Shown: positions 10,080 through 17,527 of the stretch, one piece after another
How the letters are laid out: every line of letters starts with the position of its first letter
How positions within the stretch are numbered: the first letter of the stretch is position 1
NCBI GenBank assembly: GCA_003550725.1
Contig: PUKZ01000191.1
Coordinates: forward strand, 18,636-82,635
Reading direction: 5' to 3'
DNA: 64,000 nucleotides
DNA from: Bacteroidales bacterium
Lineage (GTDB): Bacteria; Bacteroidota; Bacteroidia; Bacteroidales; UBA7960
Notes under the pieces: model-generated
What the model was told of the DNA's origin: nothing
Database searches by the model: none
Seen by the model: the letters and a program-made list of their open reading frames with translations, nothing else
Position numbers and translations under genes: made by a program

Positions 10080-10937
10080 TTATAATTTTTTAAGACAGAT
10101 ATCCAGGCTATGCCTCCAATATGGAATATTTACCATAAAATCATTTTTGATTTTATGTTTGCACAATAAAGAAAAAGAGGGGCGTTTGGCAATAGTCGGG
10201 AATTCTTCACTTCTTACCGGCTCAATATTACATGATAGTCCTTTAATATCAGATATAGCTACTGCAATATCGTACCAGCTGGCAACTCCCTCATTGGAGT
10301 AGTTGTAAATCCCGGTATTTTTGAAAGTTTTAATTGCTTCGGGCAATATTTTAAGAGTTGTATATGCCAAATCGGATGAAAATGTCGGTGAGCCTATTTG
10401 ATCATAAACGACTCTTAAATGCTTTTTTTCACTGCCTTTTAAAAGAATGGTTTTTACAAAATTATTTCCATATGCGGAGTATAGCCATGCCGTTCTTATT
10501 ATTAAACCTCGTGCGGCATTAGCAATAATTTGTTTTTCGCCTTTAAGTTTACTTATTCCATAAACGGTTTGAGGATTTGCAGGGTCATTTTCGGAATAAG
10601 GTTGGTTTTTATTGCCATCAAAAACATAATCGGTGGAGAAATGCACAAGAAAAGTATCTGTTTTTGCTGCTGCTAAAGCCAGGTTACCTGCCCCGTCAGA
10701 GTTGGTTTTTAATGCTTTTTCAGTATCATTTTCTGCTTGATCAACATTAGTATATGAAGCGCAATTAATTATACAATCAAACCTGTTGTTTTTTAGAGCA
10801 CTTTCAACAACTTCATAATTAGAAATGTCAAATTTATTGCGATCGACAAATGTGAATTTTTTGTCATTATGCAAATCGGATAAGTCTTTAAATTGACTTC
10901 CCAACTGCCCGTTACAACCGGTAACTAATATATTCAT
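10080..10937 (-). CDS. rfbD: dTDP-4-dehydrorhamnose reductase
   Basis: 285 aa with the Rossmann motif VTGCNGQLG and catalytic YGISKLKGE (YxxxK). Length and pattern are typical of RmlD. Confidence 0.85.
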   Translation of the reverse strand: MNILVTGCNGQLGSQFKDLSDLHNDKKFTFVDRNKFDISNYEVVESALKNNRFDCIINCASYTNVDQAENDTEKALKTNSDGAGNLALAAAKTDTFLVHFSTDYVFDGNKNQPYSENDPANPQTVYGISKLKGEKQIIANAARGLIIRTAWLYSAYGNNFVKTILLKGSEKKHLRVVYDQIGSPTFSSDLAYTTLKILPEAIKTFKNTGIYNYSNEGVASWYDIAVAISDIKGLSCNIEPVRSEEFPTIAKRPSFSLLCKHKIKNDFMVNIPYWRHSLDICLKKL

Positions 10938-10994
10938 AGCTATTTTAAAGTTTTAATTTTGCCGATTTTTAAAATATTAACCTTCATTCTATAT

Positions 10995-11002
10995 CAAAAT
11001 TA
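10995..11002 (-). promoter_or_regulatory. Candidate -7 promoter box TAATTTTG
   Basis: The plus-strand caaaatta is TAATTTTG on the minus strand. It lies 58 nt upstream of the rfbD ATG. Confidence 0.3.
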
Positions 11003-11145
11003 TTTGAACATAGGCAGTTATTTAAACTTTTGTATATCATCTTTTTATTATGTTATTGATTATAATATTTTAAATGGATATTTCAGGATATTCTTAAAAT
11101 TAAAAAGAAAGTAACTGATATAAAATTCTTATCATAAGGTTGTTT

Positions 11146-12084
11146 TTAAATAATTTTCCTGAAGTATTTTATGGTTTCTTTAAGCCCATCATCCAGATCA
11201 ACTGAAGGTTTCCAATTAATAATATTTTCAGCTTTTGTTATATCTGGTTTACGTTGCATTGGATCATCTTCCCTGAGAGGTTCAAAAATAATCTTTGAGC
11301 TGGAGCCGGTTAGGCTTAATATTTTTTCTGCAATTTCCAAAATAGAATATTCGACAATATTTCCTATGTTAACCGGCCCGGTGATGTTATCCGGTGTATC
11401 CATAAACCTTGTAATCCCCTCAATCATATCATCAACGTAGCAAAAACTTCGTGATTGCTTGCCGTCACCGAAAATTGTAATATCTTCATTTTTAATTGCC
11501 TGAACAATGAAATTGCTGATAACCCTGCCATCATTATAATCCATCCTGGGGCCATAAGTGTTGAAAATCCTGAGAATTTTTATTCTCACATTATTTTGTT
11601 TGTGATAATTATAAAACAGGGCCTCGGCACATCTTTTACCTTCATCATAGCATGCACGTTCGCCAATCGGGTTAACATTACCCCAATAACTTTCCGTTTG
11701 AGGATGCTCTTCAGGGTCGCCATAAACTTCACTTGTTGAGGCCTGAAGAATTTTTGCTTTTATACGTTTTGCCAATCCAAGCATATTTACAGAGCCCATG
11801 ACTGAGGTCTTAATGGTTTTTATTCCATTATATTGATAATAAATAGGAGATGCCGGGCATGCCAGGTTGTATATTTCGTCTGCTTCAATATAAAAAGGCA
11901 TGGTAATATCATGCCGTATCATTTCAAACCATGGATTGTCAAGTAAGTGCAATATATTCTCTTTATGACCGGTAAAAAAGTTATCAAGGCAATATACTTC
12001 ATTACCCCTGTCCAGAAGTTTTTCGCATAAGTGGGAACCCAAAAAACCGGCCCCACCCGTAACAAGAATTCTTCTTTTTTTCAT
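11146..12084 (-). CDS. UDP-glucuronate decarboxylase (UDP-xylose synthase, SDR family)
   Basis: 312 aa with [20 protein letters not shown] and catalytic [10 protein letters not shown] (YxxxK). The [23 protein letters not shown] segment is typical of UXS. Confidence 0.88.
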   Translation of the reverse strand: MKKRRILVTGGAGFLGSHLCEKLLDRGNEVYCLDNFFTGHKENILHLLDNPWFEMIRHDITMPFYIEADEIYNLACPASPIYYQYNGIKTIKTSVMGSVNMLGLAKRIKAKILQASTSEVYGDPEEHPQTESYWGNVNPIGERACYDEGKRCAEALFYNYHKQNNVRIKILRIFNTYGPRMDYNDGRVISNFIVQAIKNEDITIFGDGKQSRSFCYVDDMIEGITRFMDTPDNITGPVNIGNIVEYSILEIAEKILSLTGSSSKIIFEPLREDDPMQRKPDITKAENIINWKPSVDLDDGLKETIKYFRKII

Positions 12085-12094
12085 CTTTATAAAA

Positions 12095-12275
12095 TGTGTT
12101 TAAAGTTCAGATATTTAAATTTTTAGTGACGGGTAATCTCGGAAAACCTGGATTTTATTGCCGATCAAGGGGTGACAGGTAGCTTTTAATTTACTCATCA
12201 AATCAACATATCATCAATTGTATCGTGCCTTACTTAATTCATCTGTTCTCGTTACCCGCATACCGCTACAAGTAA
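12095..12275 (+). repeat. Intergenic repeat element, copy B
   Basis: The 5' module is aaatgtgtttaaagttcagatatttaaatttttaGTGACGGGTAAT. The hairpin is AATCTCGG/aaaa/CCTGGATT at 12135-12154. TTGCCGATCAAGGGGTGACAGGTAGC follows. The heptamer run is 12245-12264 (gttctc gttaccc gcatacc) and TACCGCTA is at 12261-12268. Confidence 0.7.
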
Positions 12276-12442
12276 TACTTTTTTTATAAAAATTACCAAG
12301 ACAAATTTATTTAAAATTCGGGATGATTATTAATTTTTTGCTTAATAATAAAAACAAATATCTTTATATTTGGTTTTAGATTTGTTATGCTAAGTCGAAA
12401 TTACTAAGATTTATATTTATTTCATTGCATAATATGCATATA

Positions 12443-12555
12443 ATGTTCAGGTATTTATTTTTTAGTAACGGGCAATCCCGAAAAACGGGATTTCGCTGCC
12501 GCTCAAAGGGTGACGGGTAACGCTTATTCTACTCAACAAATAAATTAAATTGAAA
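12443..12555 (+). repeat. Intergenic repeat element, copy C (5' half only, abutting the next gene)
   Basis: The 5' module is atgttcaggtatttattttttaGTAACGGGCAAT. A perfect hairpin AATCCCG/aaaaa/CGGGATT is at 12474-12492. CTGCCGCTCAAAGGGTGACGGGTAAC occupies 12496-12520. The sequence ACTCAACAAATAAATT that follows resembles copy B. Confidence 0.7.
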
Positions 12556-12572
12556 ATATTAAGTTTAAGCTC

Positions 12573-13970
12573 ATGGAAACTGTTGACACTAGCCGTAAGG
12601 CTTTATTAATTAATCTTGAGGAATCCATATATGGTTCGTTTGCTGAAATAGGTGGTGGACAGGAAGTATCGCGTCATTTTTTTATTTCGGGCGGCAGTTC
12701 GGGCACGGTAGCTAAAACTATTTCTGCCTATGATATGGTTTTTAGTGATACTTTGTACGGTAAGCGGTCGGACAAACGGTATGTTTCTGAATCCAGGCTT
12801 CTGCAGATGATGGATTTTGAATATAACAATTTGATAAACGTTTTGGGAGATATTCGTGATAATAATACCCGTTTTTTTTCATTTTGCAATACGGTTTCAA
12901 CTCTAAACTACAAAAAGGATAATGAGGCCCATGGGTGGCTGGGTGTGAGGTTTCAGTTAAGCCCTGGAGGAGAGCCTAATGATGTTGTACTTCATACCCG
13001 GTTGCTTGAAAACGACAGTCAATTGCAGCAAAACACTTTAGGAGTATTGGGTGTAAATCTTATTTATGCTTGTTTTTTTAATTATAATCATCCTAACATC
13101 TTTTTAAAATCATTGACAGAAAATATCTCTAAAGACCGTATTGAAATAGATATGATCAGTATGAGGGGGCCGGAACTGGACTATGTCGATAATCGATTGT
13201 TGGCAGTACAGTTGGTTAAAAATGAAATGACCAGTGCTTCTATATTTAATCGCCACGGAAATGTCATGCAGCCAAATGATTTGCTTTATAAACAGAATAT
13301 TATGTTATTGCGAGGCAGTTTCAGGCCAATTACTTATGTGGGCTTTGACATGCTAAAAACCGGTTTTTCTCTGTTTAAAAAAGATGTCGGCTTCAAAAAA
13401 GAAAAGACAGTTGTTTTATGCGAAATGACAATGAATAACCTTATGAGCACCGGTGAATTTGATGAAAGAGATTTTCTTGACCGCGTGGATATATTGTGTG
13501 GTATGGGGCAAAATGTTATGGTATCTAATTTCCGTGAATTTTACAAACTTACAGTTTGGTTAAAACGGTTCAAGCTTGAAAATATTAGAATGGTCATAGG
13601 GGCTTTGACTTTTAAAAATGTTATTGATGAAAAATATTATCAGCACTTACGAGGGGGAATTATGGAGGCCTTAGGTAAATTATTTATTGATAATTTAAGG
13701 GTGTATATTTATCCCGGCAAAGAAAAAAATGATAATGAAATAATCACCGTCGAAAATATGCCCTTGTCTGATAATATAAAGCATTTATATAAATACATTC
13801 TTGATAACGGTTTTATTGTCAATATTGATAATTTTCGTAAAGAAGTATTGCCATACTTTTCGCACATAGTTTTGGAAAAAATAAAGAATAATGATCCCGA
13901 GTGGGAGACTATGGTGCCTAAGTTTGTATCGGCATTTATTAAAAACAAAAAACTGTTTGGGTATAATTAG
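12573..13970 (+). CDS. Conserved uncharacterised cytoplasmic protein (465 aa)
   Basis: A long clean ORF with no signal peptide or TM helix. It has a Gly-rich N-terminal segment, YGSFAEIGGGQEVSRHFFISGGSSGTVAKTISAYDMVFSD. I cannot assign a function. Confidence 0.7.
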   Translation: METVDTSRKALLINLEESIYGSFAEIGGGQEVSRHFFISGGSSGTVAKTISAYDMVFSDTLYGKRSDKRYVSESRLLQMMDFEYNNLINVLGDIRDNNTRFFSFCNTVSTLNYKKDNEAHGWLGVRFQLSPGGEPNDVVLHTRLLENDSQLQQNTLGVLGVNLIYACFFNYNHPNIFLKSLTENISKDRIEIDMISMRGPELDYVDNRLLAVQLVKNEMTSASIFNRHGNVMQPNDLLYKQNIMLLRGSFRPITYVGFDMLKTGFSLFKKDVGFKKEKTVVLCEMTMNNLMSTGEFDERDFLDRVDILCGMGQNVMVSNFREFYKLTVWLKRFKLENIRMVIGALTFKNVIDEKYYQHLRGGIMEALGKLFIDNLRVYIYPGKEKNDNEIITVENMPLSDNIKHLYKYILDNGFIVNIDNFRKEVLPYFSHIVLEKIKNNDPEWETMVPKFVSAFIKNKKLFGYN

Positions 13971-14034
13971 AATAAAATATACCTGTGTAATTGACAATGG
14001 TTTTTTTAGTTTGCTTTTCAGGTATTAAAGCATA

Positions 14035-16560
14035 TTAAAATTCATCAAAATCATCCATGGTATCCATTTCATCTCTATCGGGCCGATCCCTGTCTCTGGT
14101 GAAATCGTGTATACGGTATGTGAAGCCAAGGAAGATCATACGGCTTCTTCTTTTACGTTCCCAGGTCATTTCAAAATTATTTCCTTCCGTATACATATTA
14201 AACTTTTGTGTATTAAATATATCACTTACACGAAGTGTAATGCTTCCATTGTTATCAAGTATATTGTATCGCATTCCCATATCAGCTGAATACATTGCCT
14301 TTCTTTCACCCTGTAGCATTACTACCGGCGACCTGTAATTGCCGGATAGTTGCATTGAAAAGTTATTACCTATTCTGAAGTTATTATTTATTCTGGCTGT
14401 CCATGAATAGCTTTCACTATCATATACATTTTCTTCTGTTCTTCCTTCAACAATTCTGTGGAAGTAGCTAAAGTTACCATTAACGCGCCACCAATCAGCA
14501 ATTGTTTGAGATGCAATTAACTCAAGGCCATAGTTTGTGCTTGTTCCGATGTTTTCCCATGAAGTAGTTGTCACACCTTCATTATCCATAGTACGATAGC
14601 GTGATATCATCTGGTCGGTATATCTATAAAAAACCGATGGATTAAGGGTGGTGTAATCCCAGTATTTTGTATAGCCTAATTCAATTGAATGAATGTATTC
14701 GGGCAATAAGTTGGGATTTCCTTTTCTAAGATTATACGGGTCGGAGTATCTTGTAAAAGGATTGAGTGCCCATCTTCTTGGTCGGTTGATTCTTTTACTG
14801 TAGCCTAACTGAACTTCCTGGTCGTTTTCAAAGCTTCTGCGCAGATGGGCACTGGGAAACAAACTAAAATATTCGTTATCAACATCACCATCTGTCATTT
14901 CCAGCTGTTCTCCTTTAATAAATGCTTGTTCAGCTCTTAACCCCCCTTCTATGTTATAATTACCCAGGGTGGTGGAATATATACCGTATGCCGAATATCT
15001 TTGTTCATCAAAGAGGAAACGATCGGTACGGTTTGGGTCTATAATAAAATCATTTTCATTATGATCAAATTTATAAAAACGCATATCATTATCGCTGCTC
15101 CTGTATCTAAATTGCCCGCCGGCTTCAAATTTGCTGTTCTCATTTAACGGGTGGGTATAATCAATTTCTGCCCTATAATTATTGTTTATTGATTCATTAT
15201 CAACTAATTCACGATTATCAAAATTAGTTTGATTATCGTAATCCAGGAAAGACTTATTATCTTCTTCTCTCAGAAAATCACTATCCGAATATCTAAGGTC
15301 GATATTTAACTTACGGTATTTTTCATCAAAATCTCTTTCATAGTTGAGAGAGTAGTCAAACCCATCGCGAGCCATTAAATTATCTGCTGTTCTGAATTCG
15401 GGCTGCTCTTCGGGATAATTGATAAACTCGTAATATGTTTCACTGAAATTATCTCTTGCCCAGTTGCTGTACCTGGTACTAAAAGTAATAGTGTTTTTAT
15501 CATTGATATTATAATCAACTCCAAATTGAAAGTTATATGTGTCCATGCTTCTATCAAAGTCCATATCCTGGTTCAGTTCCGATTCATGCCTTTGCCCGTT
15601 TTCATTTTCAAACCAGCTAACTCTTTCGGACTTGCCCCATCCGTCCATATTGAAGAATCGCCCGCTTGCATTTCCGAAAAAATTTATTTTCTTGCCCGGC
15701 CTTACATTAAAGTTAATTGAGCCGCTATACCTGTTATTATTACCGGCACTAATATTAACCATACCGTTATATCCGGGTCTTTCTTCTTTTTTGGTTACAA
15801 TATTAATGATGCCTGCTGTTCCGTCGGGATCGTATCTTACCGAGGGGTTGGTAATAACTTCTATACGATCAATCATTTCGGCAGGAAGTTGCTCAAGCAC
15901 GGCATCATCATCCAAACCGGTCAGTGTTGAAGGGCGGCCGTCAACAAGTATTGTAACATTTTCACTACCCCTTAAACTAATATTTCCGTCAAAATCAACA
16001 TTAACTGAAGGGATATTTTCCATTAGCTCAAGTGCAGTACCTCCTGCAGCCGTCAGCTCCTGCCCGACATTTATCACTCTTCTGTCAAGGCCGGTTTCCA
16101 TCATTTCCCTTGTGGATTCTATTACCACTTCCGAGAGATATTCGGCACTTGGACTGATCTTAATAGTCCCGGCATCGTATACTGGCTCCTCACGGGTTAT
16201 TTTTATTCCGTTATACTTTTGAGTTGGATAACCTACAAATTGTAATTGAAGATAATATTGACCGGGTGGAACATTTTCAACCATAAATCCGCCTTCCTCA
16301 TCAGAAACAGATCCACTAACCATTACAGAATCGCTCTCACGATACAAAACCACACTGGCATACATTAAAGGCTCTCCGGTCGTATCATCTATTAATTCTC
16401 CTTTTACAGTACCGATTCCGCCACGCGAACCTTCACCTCTCTCCCCGCGCTGAGATCCGGGAGGTTGTTCGGAAAACAATTCAGGTGTAAATAATATAAA
16501 TACAAATAATAGAATAACACTATTTAATATTAGCCGCGTCTTCAAAATCCAATTATGCAT
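14035..16560 (-). CDS. TonB-dependent-receptor-like outer-membrane beta-barrel protein with CarboxypepD_reg-like N-domain
   Basis: 841 aa with a signal peptide. It has a carboxypeptidase-regulatory-like domain (TVKGELIDDTTGEPLMYASVVLY...VENVPPGQYYLQLQFVGY) and a plug-like region (NVTILVDGRP...IEVITNPS). A long beta-barrel is rich in aromatic/Gly strand ends. Confidence 0.85.
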   Translation of the reverse strand: MHNWILKTRLILNSVILLFVFILFTPELFSEQPPGSQRGERGEGSRGGIGTVKGELIDDTTGEPLMYASVVLYRESDSVMVSGSVSDEEGGFMVENVPPGQYYLQLQFVGYPTQKYNGIKITREEPVYDAGTIKISPSAEYLSEVVIESTREMMETGLDRRVINVGQELTAAGGTALELMENIPSVNVDFDGNISLRGSENVTILVDGRPSTLTGLDDDAVLEQLPAEMIDRIEVITNPSVRYDPDGTAGIINIVTKKEERPGYNGMVNISAGNNNRYSGSINFNVRPGKKINFFGNASGRFFNMDGWGKSERVSWFENENGQRHESELNQDMDFDRSMDTYNFQFGVDYNINDKNTITFSTRYSNWARDNFSETYYEFINYPEEQPEFRTADNLMARDGFDYSLNYERDFDEKYRKLNIDLRYSDSDFLREEDNKSFLDYDNQTNFDNRELVDNESINNNYRAEIDYTHPLNENSKFEAGGQFRYRSSDNDMRFYKFDHNENDFIIDPNRTDRFLFDEQRYSAYGIYSTTLGNYNIEGGLRAEQAFIKGEQLEMTDGDVDNEYFSLFPSAHLRRSFENDQEVQLGYSKRINRPRRWALNPFTRYSDPYNLRKGNPNLLPEYIHSIELGYTKYWDYTTLNPSVFYRYTDQMISRYRTMDNEGVTTTSWENIGTSTNYGLELIASQTIADWWRVNGNFSYFHRIVEGRTEENVYDSESYSWTARINNNFRIGNNFSMQLSGNYRSPVVMLQGERKAMYSADMGMRYNILDNNGSITLRVSDIFNTQKFNMYTEGNNFEMTWERKRRSRMIFLGFTYRIHDFTRDRDRPDRDEMDTMDDFDEF

Positions 16561-16571
16561 ATTTTTAAATT

Positions 16572-16628
16572 ATAGTTATTAAACTGTTTTGCAATGATTT
16601 ACGTCTTAATGTTTATATATTTCAATTA
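16572..16628 (+). repeat. Repeat element copy D, leader block
   Basis: 46 of 57 positions are identical, without gaps, to 9751-9807 by my hand alignment. Both blocks start about 11 nt from the ATG of the flanking minus-strand gene. Confidence 0.7.
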
Positions 16629-16789
16629 CCTTTAATTCTGCACTTGCTGAAAAACTCTATTGGTATATATATAATCTTTTTTAAACCTTTCACTAATGAG
16701 GGTTTTATCTCAATAAGTTATACTAACAAGTTGGCTTATAATTATTTGCAATTTAAGGTTGTAATTTTTTATTATTTCTAATTATCGGC

Positions 16790-16915
16790 GACACACATAA
16801 TTCACTCGTGACGAATCAACGAATTAACTAATCAATAATTGTATCGCATATTACTTTATTCACTTGTTACCTATCACTAATATTACCCGGTAATGAAATC
16901 GCTAACGTTAAGTTT
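16790..16915 (+). repeat. Repeat element copy D, degenerate 3' half
   Basis: The sequence GGCGACACACATAATTCACTCGTGACGAATCAAC...ATCAATAATTGTATCGCATATTACTTTATTCACTTGTTACCT...AATCGCTAACGTTAAGT is collinear with copy B at 12170-12272. Confidence 0.55.
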
Positions 16916-17152
16916 ATTATCTTTTCTGAACATCTTGCTGATGAGGATCTCATTATATATCATTTCAAAACAAGCATTTGTTCCATATGATTAAAACCTT
17001 ATTTTTTTTAGTTTATTCATAAGACAATTATTATTGCAAAAAGTTTAATATATGAAAAGTTTTTTCAAAATATTTTAAGTGTAAAAATTTTTCATATCTG
17101 AATTTCAAAATTTCAATTTACTATAACAGCTCAAAGTGCCGGTCAAAGTGAA

Positions 17153-17173
17153 GCTGCAACTCAAAGGGTAGAT
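17153..17173 (+). repeat. Short degenerate fragment of the same repeat family (copy E)
   Basis: gctgcaactcaaagggtagat compares with copy C gctgccgctcaaagggtgacg (12495-12515). Confidence 0.3.
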
Positions 17174-17491
17174 ATTGTGGTTTAGTGAATACCTTTTAAT
17201 TATTTATACGAAAAAAAACATAGCTGACCGTAGCGAACATTTGCAAACTGATTAAGTAAAAGATATATTATTTTTTTTATTTATAATTTTTTAAGAATTT
17301 CAGGCAACATTTAAAAGCTGTTATAGATCATTTCAGGCTTATTAATCATTAATAATTTTCAACATTTGAGTTTTTTGTTACCTGGAATATTTGGCATAAG
17401 CCTGTTTATTAGTTTTTTATAAAAATAATTTGGTGTGATTAATTGTTAATAACGATATTGAGCTGACAGGCCAATTATTTTTACTTTGTTA

Positions 17492-17499
17492 TATATTTG
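17492..17499 (+). promoter_or_regulatory. -7 promoter box TATATTTG upstream of parE
   Basis: Exact TAnnTTTG match, ending 28 nt before the ATG at 17528. Confidence 0.45.
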
Positions 17500-17527
17500 C
17501 ACCTTAAACAGATAAGGGAGTGTAGTT

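Noticed and set aside
12423-12452. dif/Xer-like site (GCATAA-spacer-TAATGTT).
   Set aside because: The right arm (ATGTTCAG) is part of the repeat consensus present in several copies. The spacing does not fit the 11-6-11 architecture.
15539-16222. 227-aa ORF antisense to the TonB-type barrel gene.
   Set aside because: It is the shadow frame of a well-supported 841-aa gene. The product is Ser/Leu/Pro-rich with no recognisable features.
17131-17168. TCAAAGTG direct repeats considered as a second MraZ-type (AAAGTG) operator.
   Set aside because: The spacing is irregular (12 and 18 nt) and no promoter or dcw-related gene is adjacent. The third unit belongs to a degenerate repeat-family fragment.
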